DNA of 64,000 nt from Candidatus Aphodousia faecipullorum (GCA_018714205.1 DVNR01000026.1:2285-66284); one strand, 5' to 3'; positions 32,595-44,023 are shown, numbered from the stretch's first letter. Notes: generated from the sequence alone by a model not told the origin. Made by a program: numbers and translations.

Positions 32595-33677
32595 TTATTT
32601 TTTTGCCAGACGTTCAATTTGATCGGCCACCGTCTTCGCCGCGTCCCGGTGTGAAAGCTTTCGAGCATTCTCTGCCATTCGAACAAGCTCTTCACGATTG
32701 AGCGAATGCAGTTTTTCAAAAAGCGATTGAGCCGAGAGTAACTTTTGGTCAATGTAAACACCTGCCTGATGGGCCTCAAGATACTTCGCATTGCCTAATT
32801 GATGCTGGGTGGTTGAGACAACAAAAGGCACCAAAAGCGCCGGGATGCCGCCTGCGGCGAGTTCGCTCACAGTGGTCGCCCCTGCTCGGCAAACAACGAC
32901 ATCAGCCCAAGCATAAGCAGCTGCCATGTCATCAATAAAAGGCATCACCTTAGCCTTTAGACCCAAGCGCTCGTAATGCGCCTGCACTTCGTTGGCGTTA
33001 TTTTTCCCACATTGGTGGATGACCTCAGGGCAATTTTCTTTATCAAACAAGGCAATGGCTTCTGGAACAGTGTCATTTAGAACTTTTGCCCCTAAAGAGC
33101 CACCAAAAACCAATACTTTCAAAGGTCCCTGTCGATCTTCATAGCGTTGAGCAGGCGGTTGCAGCGCCAAAATTTCTTCTCGCACCGGATTGCCAGACAC
33201 GACGGCCTTATCCCCTGCGCATTGGGCGCATTCACCATCAAACCCGCACATGACCGCCGCGGCGTAAGGCATGACTGCACGAACGCTCATTAAACTGTCG
33301 GCATCACAATTCATCATAACTAAGGGAATCCCGCAAGTGCGGGCGCCGAAGGCTGCCGGCACGGCTATATATCCGCCGGTAGAAAAAAGAACTGTCGCAT
33401 GGCGGCGCTTAATAATGGAGCGAGCGGCAAAACAACTCTTGATTAATTTCAGCGCGCCGCCCACCATGTGCGAAAGTCCTTTGCCTCGCATTCCGGTGAA
33501 GTCAAGCGCATCAAAATCAATCTGACGGCTTCCCACCAAACGACCTTCCATTCCTACCGGCGTGCCGATCCAGGAAACCGTCCAACCACGCTTTTTCATT
33601 TCCTCGGCCACTGCCAAACCGGGCATCACATGGCCTCCGGTGCCGGCTGCCGCAATGATTAAATGGTTTTCTGACAT
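32595..33677 (-). CDS. murG: Lipid II GlcNAc transferase MurG
   Basis: GTGGHVMPG, GNPVR, GGSLGA, CRAGATT, HQLGNA. Confidence 0.96.
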   Translation of the reverse strand: MSENHLIIAAAGTGGHVMPGLAVAEEMKKRGWTVSWIGTPVGMEGRLVGSRQIDFDALDFTGMRGKGLSHMVGGALKLIKSCFAARSIIKRRHATVLFSTGGYIAVPAAFGARTCGIPLVMMNCDADSLMSVRAVMPYAAAVMCGFDGECAQCAGDKAVVSGNPVREEILALQPPAQRYEDRQGPLKVLVFGGSLGAKVLNDTVPEAIALFDKENCPEVIHQCGKNNANEVQAHYERLGLKAKVMPFIDDMAAAYAWADVVVCRAGATTVSELAAGGIPALLVPFVVSTTQHQLGNAKYLEAHQAGVYIDQKLLSAQSLFEKLHSLNREELVRMAENARKLSHRDAAKTVADQIERLAKK

Positions 33678-33691
33678 GATTACTCTCTCCC

Positions 33692-34915
33692 TCAGAAGGA
33701 CGTGCGGCGTTGACCGCGCATTAACAGGCGATTTTCAAAGTCGACTCGCAACAGCAAGGCAATGGCACACAACGTCACCACAAGCGAGGAACCACCGTAG
33801 CTCACAAGCGGCAATGTCAACCCCTTGGTTGGGAACACGCCAATCGCCACGCCAATATTGATCAACGACTGCACACCAATCCAAAGACCGATCCCTTGTG
33901 CGACCAATCCGGAAAAAGTTCTTTCCAGACGAACGGCCTGACGCCCAATTTCAAAAGCGCGTCGTACCAACCAATAAAATAGGAAGAGAACAACGGTGAA
34001 GCCAACGAGCCCCAACTCCTCACCAATGACCGCCAAAATAAAGTCCGTGTGCGCTTCTGGCAAGTAGTGCATTTTTTCCACACTCGCCCCTAAACCAACA
34101 CCAAAAATTTCACCTCGTCCAAAGGCAATTAGAGAATGCGTCAACTGGTAAGCCTTCCCCAACTGGTTTTCAATGTCCCACGGATTTAAGTACGCGAAAA
34201 CACGCGCGGTGCGCCACGGTGACAAAATGATGGATAAAACAATGGCCACCAACATAACCGCCCCAAGGGGCAAAATGATGCGCCAACTCAACCCACCGAG
34301 AAACACAATGCCGAGCACGATGGAGCTGATGACAACCGTCGCTCCCAGGTCAGGTTGAAAGGCCAACAGACCAGCCACCAAAAGAATGTAGGCCAGAACC
34401 GGCACCAACCCTTTGGTGTACGAGTGCATATAAGCTTGTCGAGTCACAGCGAATCGCGCAATAAAAATCACTGAAATGAATTTCACCAACTCGGAAACTT
34501 GGATATTGATAGGACCCAGTCCAATCCAACGAACCGAACCATTAACAGATTTTCCAATGCCGGGAACAAACACAACGGCCAAAAAGAAAATCCCGATCGC
34601 TCCCAGAATATAGGCAAACCGATTCCAACGAACCAAAGGAACACGAAAAACTACCCAACCTAAGCAAAGGCCAGTGACCATGTAGATAGCGTGGCGAAGC
34701 GCAAAGTAGCCTTCGCTTGTTTGATATTTTGGAGAGTCACCCAACGAAATCGACGCTGAGTACACCATCACTAAACCGATTAGTAAAAGTGCCGCAACAG
34801 CGACAATCACACTCCAGTCGATTACTGAAACCGGTCCAACACTGGTTGTTCGCCCCGTCCACTCACCGTCTGTGGAGACTTTTTTCAGCGGGAAAAAACG
34901 CTTCAAACTGATCAT
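33692..34915 (-). CDS. ftsW: SEDS peptidoglycan polymerase FtsW
   Basis: RWI...Q.SE, QPDLG, LPEAHTDFI, PTKGLTLPLVSYGGSS. Confidence 0.96.
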   Translation of the reverse strand: MISLKRFFPLKKVSTDGEWTGRTTSVGPVSVIDWSVIVAVAALLLIGLVMVYSASISLGDSPKYQTSEGYFALRHAIYMVTGLCLGWVVFRVPLVRWNRFAYILGAIGIFFLAVVFVPGIGKSVNGSVRWIGLGPINIQVSELVKFISVIFIARFAVTRQAYMHSYTKGLVPVLAYILLVAGLLAFQPDLGATVVISSIVLGIVFLGGLSWRIILPLGAVMLVAIVLSIILSPWRTARVFAYLNPWDIENQLGKAYQLTHSLIAFGRGEIFGVGLGASVEKMHYLPEAHTDFILAVIGEELGLVGFTVVLFLFYWLVRRAFEIGRQAVRLERTFSGLVAQGIGLWIGVQSLINIGVAIGVFPTKGLTLPLVSYGGSSLVVTLCAIALLLRVDFENRLLMRGQRRTSF

Positions 34916-36366
34916 GAAATTTTTGCAGCGAGCGATCGGGCGCTCTCAATGAAAATAGCGGATCGTTCGGCGTAGTCCCTGAACATGTCCCAACTGGCGC
35001 AAGCCGGTGACAAAAGAACCACATCCCCTTTCTGAGCCATGTTGTGGCAACGATTAACCGCTTCGGGCAAAGTCTTGGCATGCTCAATGGGGTAAGAGGC
35101 GCCAACCAAAGCTTTTTCAATAAGCGGAGCGTCTCGACCAATAAGAACCACACCACGAGCATATTCAGAAAGCGCTTTGGCAATTGGCGAAAAATCCTGC
35201 CCTTTGCCATCACCCCCCAAAATAACAACAAGTTTTTTCCCTTCGGAACCGATACCGGCTAACGCCGCTTCAGTGGCGCCAACATTGGTCCCCTTGCTGT
35301 CATCGATATAGTCAACCCCATCAACCGTCAAGACGTACTGCACGCGATGAGGCTCACCACTATACTGAGCCAAAGCTTTTAGCGCCGGTGCAATGGGAAG
35401 CCCCGCCGCATTTATCAAAGCCAAAGCCGCCAACGCATTGAGCACATTGTGTCGGCCCCGAATCTTGAGCGCTTCACGAGGCATCAACCGCTGAATGAGA
35501 TGCCCTTCGAGCACCTTACGTTTACTGAGCGCGATGGAATCATCTTCATTAAAAGCCAGCCACTGGATGCCCTCAAAGAAAACCACACCCCAACTGTTGA
35601 CCGCCTCTGGCTCATCGCCGCCGAAGGTGTAAACCCGCTTGTCAGCCTCGGCAAAGCGCATGACTGTCTTGTCTTCACGATTTAAAATTCTCGCTGTCTG
35701 CGAGTGCGCAAATACCCGCGCTTTTGCCGCGATGTAATCTTCAAACGATCCGTGCCAGTCGATATGGTCTTGGGTGATGTTTAAAAGTGCCGCCGCGTTG
35801 GGCACCAAACTGGATGTTGTCTGTAACTGAAAACTGGATAGCTCCAACACCCAAACGTCCGGCAATCGTTCTTCCTCCAGGTACCGATCAAGTTCTGAAA
35901 CAGCATTGGGACCGATATTGCCCGCCGCTACGGCGTGCTTGCCGGCGGCTGCCGCCATCTTGGTCGTTAATACCGTTGTAGTGGTTTTGCCGTTAGTTCC
36001 TGTGATGCCAATCACAATGGGCGAATAGCCGCGCTCAGCTTTCAATCGAACAAGTTCCCGGGCAAAAAGCTCAATCTCACCGACAACCTCCAAACCTTTG
36101 GAGCGTGCCGCTTCAACTAAAGGCGTCACGGCGGAGTGTTCTGGCGAAATCCCCGGAGAAATCACCACCAAGGCAACCTCATCGAGGATTGACTGAGCTT
36201 TGTCAAGTGTTAAAAAACGGAATCGTTCACAATCTTTAAGTCGCTCAAGGGCAGGCGGTTCATTACGAGTATCGGTCGCCAACACCGTCCATTGGCGTTT
36301 TAGTAAAAACTTTGTGCAAGCCTCACCAGAGGCCCCTAACCCAATAATCAAAGCCTTCTTACTCAT
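34912..36366 (-). CDS. murD: UDP-MurNAc-L-Ala--D-glutamate ligase
   Basis: GTNGKTTT, ELSSFQL, DDSKGTN, LLSPACASWDMF. Confidence 0.96.
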   Translation of the reverse strand: MSKKALIIGLGASGEACTKFLLKRQWTVLATDTRNEPPALERLKDCERFRFLTLDKAQSILDEVALVVISPGISPEHSAVTPLVEAARSKGLEVVGEIELFARELVRLKAERGYSPIVIGITGTNGKTTTTVLTTKMAAAAGKHAVAAGNIGPNAVSELDRYLEEERLPDVWVLELSSFQLQTTSSLVPNAAALLNITQDHIDWHGSFEDYIAAKARVFAHSQTARILNREDKTVMRFAEADKRVYTFGGDEPEAVNSWGVVFFEGIQWLAFNEDDSIALSKRKVLEGHLIQRLMPREALKIRGRHNVLNALAALALINAAGLPIAPALKALAQYSGEPHRVQYVLTVDGVDYIDDSKGTNVGATEAALAGIGSEGKKLVVILGGDGKGQDFSPIAKALSEYARGVVLIGRDAPLIEKALVGASYPIEHAKTLPEAVNRCHNMAQKGDVVLLSPACASWDMFRDYAERSAIFIESARSLAAKIS

Positions 36367-36381
36367 GACGAACACCTTTTC

Positions 36382-37536
36382 CTATCGGATCTTCAGTGTT
36401 GATAGACCAATCAACACCAAAACAAACGTAATAATCCAAAAACGGGTGACCACTTGGGTCTCTTTCCATCCTTTGAGTTCAAAGTGATGATGAATCGGCG
36501 CCATTAAAAAAATTCGCTTGCCGCCCGAGTAACGAAAATACGTTGTTTGGATCATCACCGAAAGGGTTTCAACCACAAAGATACCGCCCATGATGGCCAA
36601 AACCAGTTCCTGACGCGTAATCACTGCGACCGTCCCCAGCGCGCCGCCCAATGCAAGCGCGCCGACATCTCCCATAAACACTTGAGCCGGGTATGCGTTA
36701 AACCATAAAAAGGCTAGGCCGGCCCCAGCTAGCGCCGCACAGACAACGACCAATTCTCCCGCTCCCGGAATATACGGGAAAAGCAAATAATGAGCATAGT
36801 CAACTCGACCGACAACGTAGGCAAACACACCCAGAGCGCTTCCAACCAAAACACAAGGCAAAATAGCCAATCCGTCCAAGCCGTCGGTGAGATTAACCGC
36901 ATTGCTAGTCCCCACCAACACGACATAAGTCAAGGCAATGAAACCAAAAATTCCCAACGGATAGGCAAAATGTTTGAAGAAAGGAATAATGAGGTCAGCA
37001 TGAGAAGGCATTTGAACCGGGAAGCCTTGTTCCATCCAACCAACAATCATGTGCAACACATGAATATCGCCGGGCGCTGCAATCGCGAATGCCAAGTAAA
37101 CCGACGCAATAATGCCGACCAGAGATTGCCAAGCAAATTTTTCCTTGGCGCTCATGCCCTTCGGATCATGACGGACCACTTTTCGGTAATCATCCACCCA
37201 TCCGATCCAACCGAAACCCAAGGTTACAAAAAGCACAACCCACACAAAACGGTTGGTCAAATCCATCCAGAGCAATGTCGATAAACCGATAGCCAATAAA
37301 ATAAGAGCTCCCCCCATTGTCGGCGTGCCGTCCTTGACAAGGTGGGACTTCGGACCATTTGTACGAACTGCCTGACCGACTTTCATCGCCTTTAAATAAC
37401 GGATCATCGCAGGTCCAGCGGCAAAGCCGATAGCAAAGGCAGTTAGTGCGGCCAACACAGCCCGCAGACTTAAATAATTAAAGACTTGAAATGAGTGAAT
37501 GTCCTCAGACAGCCACTGAAAAAGTGCCAACAGCAT
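36382..37536 (-). CDS. mraY: Phospho-N-acetylmuramoyl-pentapeptide transferase
   Basis: [37 protein letters not shown]. Confidence 0.97.
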   Translation of the reverse strand: MLLALFQWLSEDIHSFQVFNYLSLRAVLAALTAFAIGFAAGPAMIRYLKAMKVGQAVRTNGPKSHLVKDGTPTMGGALILLAIGLSTLLWMDLTNRFVWVVLFVTLGFGWIGWVDDYRKVVRHDPKGMSAKEKFAWQSLVGIIASVYLAFAIAAPGDIHVLHMIVGWMEQGFPVQMPSHADLIIPFFKHFAYPLGIFGFIALTYVVLVGTSNAVNLTDGLDGLAILPCVLVGSALGVFAYVVGRVDYAHYLLFPYIPGAGELVVVCAALAGAGLAFLWFNAYPAQVFMGDVGALALGGALGTVAVITRQELVLAIMGGIFVVETLSVMIQTTYFRYSGGKRIFLMAPIHHHFELKGWKETQVVTRFWIITFVLVLIGLSTLKIR

Positions 37537-37555
37537 CTTGTCCGCTCTCTATTTT

Positions 37556-40408
37556 TTATTGTCCTTCAGAAGCTTTTTCAATCATAAGCTTCGCAATTTG
37601 ATCCAATCGCATTGAATGCGAGCCTTTGATCGTCACCGCCCGGTAATTTTGCCCATCTTTTAATAACGTTTCTTCAAATTGCTGACGGTTTTCACCCCAA
37701 TAGGCTTTAAGTCCGCCACTCTTGGAATAACTTTCAACAGCAAAACGCATCATGGCTCCAATGGCATAAAGCGCTTCGATTCCCTTTTGCGCGGCATATA
37801 GACCGACCTCTTCATGATATTGACGGCTTTTCTCCCCAAGCTCAGCCATGTCGCCCAATACCAAAAGATGAGGACCGGTAAAACTTGCCAAAACGTCAAT
37901 GGTAGCTTTCACGCTGTCGGGGTTCGCATTATAAGCATCGTCAATAAAGACACGATTGCCAATGCGGTGAATGGTTCCGCGCCCTTCTACCGGACGAAAT
38001 TGAGCTAATCCCCGCTCAATGGATTCAAGCGGCAGCCCGATAGCCAATGTCGCTGCCGTTGCCGCCAGCACATTGTTAAGATTGTGTTCTCCGTGGACAT
38101 GCGTCTCCACAGTGAAATGACCTCGCGGAGTTTTAACCATCGCACGAATGCCGTCAGCGCCATCGGCCATAGCGCCAGTGACATCAGCCGATGTTTGTCG
38201 AGCGAACGTCATGATATTTTGCGCGGCCGCGATCTCCAACCAAATGTCTTTACAAGGATCATCAAACGGAATAATGGCGATGCCGTTATCTGTTAGACCT
38301 CGAAAAATTTCACCATTTTCGCGCGCCGCAGCTTCCACTGTTTTTAAAAATTCTTGATGCTCACGCTGGGCGTTTGTCATCACGGCAACCGTTGGTCGAA
38401 CAAGTCCTTGCAAATAACGCATTTCACCAACATGATTCATGCCTGTTTCAATGACAGCCGCCTGATGATTGTCGCGTAATTTCCAAAGTGTCAAAGGCAC
38501 TCCGATATCGTTGTTGAAGTTACCTTCGGTAGCCAACATGTTTTCACCAAAATGGGCTCGTAAAATCGAAGCGATCATTTGAGTGGTCGTTGTTTTGCCA
38601 TTGCTGCCGGCAACTGCGATGATTGGGCAGTTTTTGGTCCGACGCCAATAAGCGGCGCTGGCTCCAAGCATTAATTTGGTGTCTCTGACGATAATCTGAG
38701 GCAACGGGCAATGAACCTCGTGCTCAACAACTAAAGCGACGGCGCCGGCCCGCATCGCGTCGTCCACAAGATTGTGCGCATCAAATTTTTCCCCTTTTAA
38801 AGCAAAAAAGAGGCTGCCAGGCCGAACGGTTCGCGTGTCGCTGCTAACTGATGTGAAAGGAACGTTGCTGCCGAAATAGCTGGAACCAGGGAAAAGCTTG
38901 GCAAGCGTCCGTGTTTGCATTAAAGCTCCCTGTGGCGGACGGCGGCACCACTGTGCATTGCGCGCCTCAATTGCGTCACTAAACGGATGCTTCACGCCCA
39001 TGATTTCTTGATAATCTTCATGTCCCTTGCCGGCGATCAGAATAATGTCATCAGCATTGGCAGCCGTCATTGCGACTTCGATCGCCTCGCGACGATCTTC
39101 AATCACCTGCACCGGCTCTGTCACCCCACGCATCATGTCTTCAATAATGGCTGAAGGTGACTCAGTTCGAGGATTATCACTCGTTAAAATGACTTTATCA
39201 GCACCTTGTGTCGCTTTTTGAGCCATCAAGGGACGCTTGCCATGATCGCGATCCCCGCCCGCGCCCAACACAATCCAAAGTTTGCACCGTCGGGCTTTCG
39301 CCACGGGTCTGAGTGCCGTTAAAACTTTCTCAATCGCATCCGGAGTGTGGCTATAGTCAACCACCGCTAACGGAGTACCCGGATATTTCACCAGTTGCAT
39401 GCGCCCCGCAGGCGGCAAAAGTCCCGTCAAATGCGTCGATATTGTTTCAATATCGTATCCAGCGGCCAGCGCGACTCCGACAGCTCCTAATAAGTTTGAA
39501 ACGTTGAACTCACCGAAAACAGACAGTTCAAATGACTGACAAAAGTCGCCAAAACACAAATCAAAACGGATCCCATCGACCGTGCTGCGAATATTCTTAG
39601 CCGCAATTAATCGAGTTCCCGGCAAGGCAATCGCGCCGCGAGTGCTGGTCACAAAAACTTGAAGTTGGCGATGGACAGATTTTTCAGCCAACCGAACACC
39701 AACTTCGTCGTCAATGTTAATCACGGCAGAACGCAGTCCCGGCCAATCAAACAAAATGGCTTTTGCCTTTTCATAGGCCTGCATATCATGGTGATAATCC
39801 AGATGATCACGGGTGAGGTTAGTAAAGACTGCGACATCAAACGCCGTTGCCTGAAGCCGCCCCTGATCAAGTCCAATCGAACTTGCCTCAACGGCAAACG
39901 CTTGAGCTCCCGCCTTCGAAAGATCACGATAAAGCCCTTGAAGAGTCACCGGATCGGGCGTTGTAAGCGATGCGCTGGGAAAGGGCTTCCCTTTAAGAAA
40001 ACAACCGATTGTTCCAATGGCGGCACAAGGTTTGCCTAACTTATCCAAAAGCTGAGAAATCCAATGCGAGCTTGTGGTTTTTCCGTTCGTGCCGGTAATA
40101 CCGACCGCAAAAAGCGATTGGCTCGGTTGTCGATAAAAGGCCGCGGCAAACTCGCCGAGCACATCTTTAAGTCCGGGAACCGCGATGGCCGGCACATCGA
40201 AGCGATGACGTTGACCATCGTCCTCATAGACAAGAGCGCTTGCCTTTTGAGCGGCTTGAGCCAAAAATTGCCGTCCATCCACTCGCAGACCCGGCACGGC
40301 AATAAACACATCTCCCGCACGCAAGGTGCGGGAGTCAGAATTCAATCGTTTGGCGTTCGGTGCCAGACGACGTAATAAATCTACATAAGAATTGACGTTA
40401 GAAATCAT
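37556..40408 (-). CDS. murE-murF: Bifunctional MurE-MurF fusion ligase
   Basis: Single 950-aa ORF: MurE half (GTNGKTT, RDHLDYH, DNPR, AGKGHEDYQ) then MurF half (GSNGKTTT, NFNNDIGVP, DAYNANP, LGDMAELG, KGSH). Confidence 0.93.
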   Translation of the reverse strand: MISNVNSYVDLLRRLAPNAKRLNSDSRTLRAGDVFIAVPGLRVDGRQFLAQAAQKASALVYEDDGQRHRFDVPAIAVPGLKDVLGEFAAAFYRQPSQSLFAVGITGTNGKTTSSHWISQLLDKLGKPCAAIGTIGCFLKGKPFPSASLTTPDPVTLQGLYRDLSKAGAQAFAVEASSIGLDQGRLQATAFDVAVFTNLTRDHLDYHHDMQAYEKAKAILFDWPGLRSAVINIDDEVGVRLAEKSVHRQLQVFVTSTRGAIALPGTRLIAAKNIRSTVDGIRFDLCFGDFCQSFELSVFGEFNVSNLLGAVGVALAAGYDIETISTHLTGLLPPAGRMQLVKYPGTPLAVVDYSHTPDAIEKVLTALRPVAKARRCKLWIVLGAGGDRDHGKRPLMAQKATQGADKVILTSDNPRTESPSAIIEDMMRGVTEPVQVIEDRREAIEVAMTAANADDIILIAGKGHEDYQEIMGVKHPFSDAIEARNAQWCRRPPQGALMQTRTLAKLFPGSSYFGSNVPFTSVSSDTRTVRPGSLFFALKGEKFDAHNLVDDAMRAGAVALVVEHEVHCPLPQIIVRDTKLMLGASAAYWRRTKNCPIIAVAGSNGKTTTTQMIASILRAHFGENMLATEGNFNNDIGVPLTLWKLRDNHQAAVIETGMNHVGEMRYLQGLVRPTVAVMTNAQREHQEFLKTVEAAARENGEIFRGLTDNGIAIIPFDDPCKDIWLEIAAAQNIMTFARQTSADVTGAMADGADGIRAMVKTPRGHFTVETHVHGEHNLNNVLAATAATLAIGLPLESIERGLAQFRPVEGRGTIHRIGNRVFIDDAYNANPDSVKATIDVLASFTGPHLLVLGDMAELGEKSRQYHEEVGLYAAQKGIEALYAIGAMMRFAVESYSKSGGLKAYWGENRQQFEETLLKDGQNYRAVTIKGSHSMRLDQIAKLMIEKASEGQ

Positions 40409-42222
40409 CGTCGAGTCTTCGCGAGCAAACCACCGCCCGCTACCATCATAGGATCATCAGGATTGACCAGCATCGTGCGAAGCGCAGCTTCCACCACCTC
40501 TCCGAAAACCGGTGCGGCGACCACGCCACCCACGTGCCCGGCGTCTTTCGGTTCATCAAGCATGACCGCAACTACCAGACGTGGTTGTGTCGCAGGAGCC
40601 ACTCCCACAAACGATGCCACATATTCATTCACGTATTGACCGTTTTTCACTTTATGCGCGGTGCCGGTCTTACCGGCAACCGTGTAACCGGTCACCTTAA
40701 GCCGTGACGCCGTACCACCACGGTGCACTGTCGTCATCATCATAGCGCGCATCTGTCGCGCGGTCTCAGGACGAAACACCTGCTCGCCGACAGCGGGCTT
40801 ATTGCGTTTCATCAACGTCAAAGGAATCACATCGCCGTTGCGGGCAAAAACCGTGTAGGCTTGGGCGATTTGCATCAGGGACGTCGACAAACCGTAACCG
40901 TAAGAAATTGTTGACTGCTCCACCGGTCCCCAGGATTTTGCCGGACGCAGACGACCAGCCACCGCGCCGGGGAAACCGATTTGAGGCGCTTGTCCAAATC
41001 CCAAACGAGTGTATGTGTCATAAAGTGTCTGGGGAGGGATTTGAAGCGCAATTTTCACCGTACCGACATTAGACGATTTAGCAATCACCTGAGAAACCGT
41101 CAGCAGACCGTAATTGTGCGTATCAGTAATCGTCCGATCCGCGACACGGATCTTTCCGGGAGATGTTTCAATGCGGCTATCGGGACGCACGATTCCCATA
41201 TCCAACGCTTTCGCAATAGCGAAGGGCTTCATAATACTGCCGGGTTCAAACGTATCGGTCACCACTCGATTACGGATTTTTTCAAATTGGAATGTTGAAC
41301 GATCATTCGGATCGAAACCGGGCCAACTGACCAACGCTAAAATCTCCCCGGTAATTGAATCAACGACCACCACGGCACCGGCTTTGGCGTTATGTTTTTC
41401 AACCGCAGAGCGCACCGCAGAATAAGCCATGTATTGAATACGGGAATCAATCGAGAGGTACAAATCCTTTCCCGGCACCGGCTCCTGGGCCCACATCTCT
41501 TCAAGAATGTGCCCCAAACGGTCTCGAATCACGCGACGGGAGCCGCTCTCACCCGAAAGCCACTCATCATTGGCCAACTCAATACCTTCCTGGCCATGAT
41601 CCTGACGGTTGTTAAACCCTACGATGTGCGCAGAAACTTCTCCGCCTGGATAGTGGCGCTTGACATCCTGTGTGTAAGACAACCCTTCGATGTTAAGCGC
41701 TTTGACTTTCTCAACAACATCCATGTCCACCTGGCGGGCCAAATTGACAAAAGCATCCGGTCGAGCCAAGCGCTTGCGAATTGTCGATTCCGAAACGTCC
41801 AACAGCGTGGATAGCGCCCGAATTTGCGTATCCGTTGCGTGCACTAAATTGGTTGTTGCCCAGATGCTACGGGCAGGCAATGTCGCTGCAAGCACAACAC
41901 CATTACGATCAAAAATCTGCCCACGCCCCGCCGGAATTTCCAAAGTCCGAGCGAAACGAACTTCACCCTGCTTTTGCAAAAACTCCGTGTTAAAGCATTG
42001 AATATAAACAGCGCGCAAAAAACACACACTGAAAATCGTCACCAGCACACCCAAAAGCATGTGCGAGCGTTTTTGCGAGATTTCCAGCGCACGCCAATCC
42101 TTTTCGCGCTCCTTGTCACGCTTAGGCAAACGTGGCGCGTTATCCTCATCCCAAAACTCACGGCACTTATTGCACAAAAGCCGCCACAAGCGCTCCGTGA
42201 AGCTTATCCGACGGGCCCTCAT
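40405..42222 (-). CDS. ftsI: Penicillin-binding protein 3
   Basis: RGQIFDRNG, EPGSIMKP (SxxK), KSSNVG (SxN), GKTGTA. Confidence 0.96.
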   Translation of the reverse strand: MRARRISFTERLWRLLCNKCREFWDEDNAPRLPKRDKEREKDWRALEISQKRSHMLLGVLVTIFSVCFLRAVYIQCFNTEFLQKQGEVRFARTLEIPAGRGQIFDRNGVVLAATLPARSIWATTNLVHATDTQIRALSTLLDVSESTIRKRLARPDAFVNLARQVDMDVVEKVKALNIEGLSYTQDVKRHYPGGEVSAHIVGFNNRQDHGQEGIELANDEWLSGESGSRRVIRDRLGHILEEMWAQEPVPGKDLYLSIDSRIQYMAYSAVRSAVEKHNAKAGAVVVVDSITGEILALVSWPGFDPNDRSTFQFEKIRNRVVTDTFEPGSIMKPFAIAKALDMGIVRPDSRIETSPGKIRVADRTITDTHNYGLLTVSQVIAKSSNVGTVKIALQIPPQTLYDTYTRLGFGQAPQIGFPGAVAGRLRPAKSWGPVEQSTISYGYGLSTSLMQIAQAYTVFARNGDVIPLTLMKRNKPAVGEQVFRPETARQMRAMMMTTVHRGGTASRLKVTGYTVAGKTGTAHKVKNGQYVNEYVASFVGVAPATQPRLVVAVMLDEPKDAGHVGGVVAAPVFGEVVEAALRTMLVNPDDPMMVAGGGLLAKTRR

Positions 42223-42581
42223 GACTGGCCTCCCGTCTGACGAGAGCGCGTGACAAAGCGAGGCACAGGCTTGGGCTGCAAGATGACTGTGTTTTCGTTG
42301 CGCGCCGGCTCCAATCCCATCTGTGTGGCGGTTTCAGCGATGTAACCCGGGAGAGTAGCTTTTGCCAATTCAATATTCAGTTCTCGCCACTCGTCTTGAA
42401 GACGTCGAGATTGCTCTTGTTCCTGCTCGATACTGTTGACAAGCTCCCGAACCTTGTATTGGTTTGTGATGATCGTCATGGCCATGGCGAGCCAGACCAC
42501 CACTAACAGAGCGATCGTAATGCCTACGCCATGTTTTTGCGCGGAGTCAATCAGCGATACCAAACGAGACCGTACACTCAT
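42219..42581 (-). CDS. ftsL: Cell division protein FtsL
   Basis: TM segment followed by coiled coil; between rsmH and ftsI with ATGA overlaps. Confidence 0.85.
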   Translation of the reverse strand: MSVRSRLVSLIDSAQKHGVGITIALLVVVWLAMAMTIITNQYKVRELVNSIEQEQEQSRRLQDEWRELNIELAKATLPGYIAETATQMGLEPARNENTVILQPKPVPRFVTRSRQTGGQS

Positions 42582-43528
42582 TTTCGATCTCCTTGGCGAG
42601 AGCGTGTTGCAACACGCAAAATAGCGCTGCGGGCACGAGGATTGATTTCGCACTCTTCAGGGCTAGGCAAAATACGGCGCACATTCGTCAATTTCGGCGC
42701 CGGCATTTCGCTTACCCGCAAAGGAATCCTCGCATCAAATTCTCTTTCAGGATGCGCCATGCGCTCAAAAAAGCGCTTCACGATTCGGTCTTCCAATGAA
42801 TGAAACGTTATCACCGCAATCCGTCCGCCGTCCTTTAGCAAGGACATGGACGCCTCGAGCGCCTTGGATAACTCGTCAAGCTCACTGTTGATATGAATCC
42901 GAATCGCTTGGAAGGTACGAGTTGCCGGATTTTGCGTGGGATCTTTTTTGTTGGCTGGCACCACATCAGCCACTAATTTCGCGAGCGCCAATGTCGTTTC
43001 AATAGGCGTGGTCTTTCGCTCAGTACAAATAGCGCGTGCGATGCGACGCGCAAAACGTTCTTCACCCAAATCAGAAATCACTCGGGCGATTTCGCTTTCA
43101 CTGGCTCGATTAATCCATTGGGCCGCCGTCTCACCACAGCTTGTGTCCATGCGCATGTCCAAAGGGCCATCCATTCGGAAAGAAAAACCTCGGGCTGCGT
43201 TGTCGATTTGGGGGCTCGAAACACCGATATCCATAAAAATTCCGGCGACTTGCTCAATGCCCAATTCAGCCAAGGCCGCCCGCATATTGGAAAACGGTGC
43301 ATGAATAATTTGGAAACGGGAATCCGTGATTGAGGCGGCACTTTCGACAGCTTCTAGATCACGGTCAAACGCAATCAAGCGCCCTTCAGAAGCAAGTTGA
43401 GACAAAATTCGGCGTGAATGCCCCCCTCGACCGAAAGTTGCATCAACATAGACACCTTTCGGATCCGTTATCAATTCTCGGGGAGCGCTCTCTGCCATTA
43501 CGGAGAGATGCGCGAACTCTGCACTCAT
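42578..43528 (-). CDS. rsmH: 16S rRNA m4C1402 methyltransferase
   Basis: DATFGRGGHS, DIGVSSPQID, FHSLEDRIVK, NPRARSA. Confidence 0.97.
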   Translation of the reverse strand: MSAEFAHLSVMAESAPRELITDPKGVYVDATFGRGGHSRRILSQLASEGRLIAFDRDLEAVESAASITDSRFQIIHAPFSNMRAALAELGIEQVAGIFMDIGVSSPQIDNAARGFSFRMDGPLDMRMDTSCGETAAQWINRASESEIARVISDLGEERFARRIARAICTERKTTPIETTLALAKLVADVVPANKKDPTQNPATRTFQAIRIHINSELDELSKALEASMSLLKDGGRIAVITFHSLEDRIVKRFFERMAHPEREFDARIPLRVSEMPAPKLTNVRRILPSPEECEINPRARSAILRVATRSRQGDRK

Positions 43529-43540
43529 TCACCTCCCTCC

Positions 43541-43969
43541 CTAAAGGACAAAGTCCTCAAGCGTTTCTGAAAAATCCTTAGCCAATTCCTTCTTCTCAAA
43601 TTCTGCCAGTGCCGCCTGATCCCAAAGCTCAAAGTGATCACCCAAACCCACCAAGGCAACTTCTCGGGTCAGACCGCACAAACAGCGCAACTCATTCGGA
43701 ATCAACAATCGCCCCGAACCATCGGCCTTCACATCCACTGCGCTACCTATGAGAATGCGTCGCAACACACGGGCGCTATAAGGCAATTTCATCAATTTCT
43801 CCTTCAGCGCAATCCAAACAGCTCTGGGAAATATTAGGACGCACCCATCCGGATGCCGAGTGATCGTCACTTCGCCTTGACAGGTCAGCATGAGTCCCTC
43901 TCGGTACCGAACAGGTAACGAAAGGCGCCCTTTCGCATCAAGAGAAACAAGCGAAGTGCCTTGAAACAT
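43541..43969 (-). CDS. mraZ: Transcriptional regulator MraZ
   Basis: MFQG...LDAKGRL, D.SGRLLIP, ELWD. Confidence 0.94.
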   Translation of the reverse strand: MFQGTSLVSLDAKGRLSLPVRYREGLMLTCQGEVTITRHPDGCVLIFPRAVWIALKEKLMKLPYSARVLRRILIGSAVDVKADGSGRLLIPNELRCLCGLTREVALVGLGDHFELWDQAALAEFEKKELAKDFSETLEDFVL

Positions 43970-44023
43970 AAGGCTTTTTTCCGAATATCCATTATGGCGT
44001 AGAAAAAAGCGTGCCGTGGCCAC

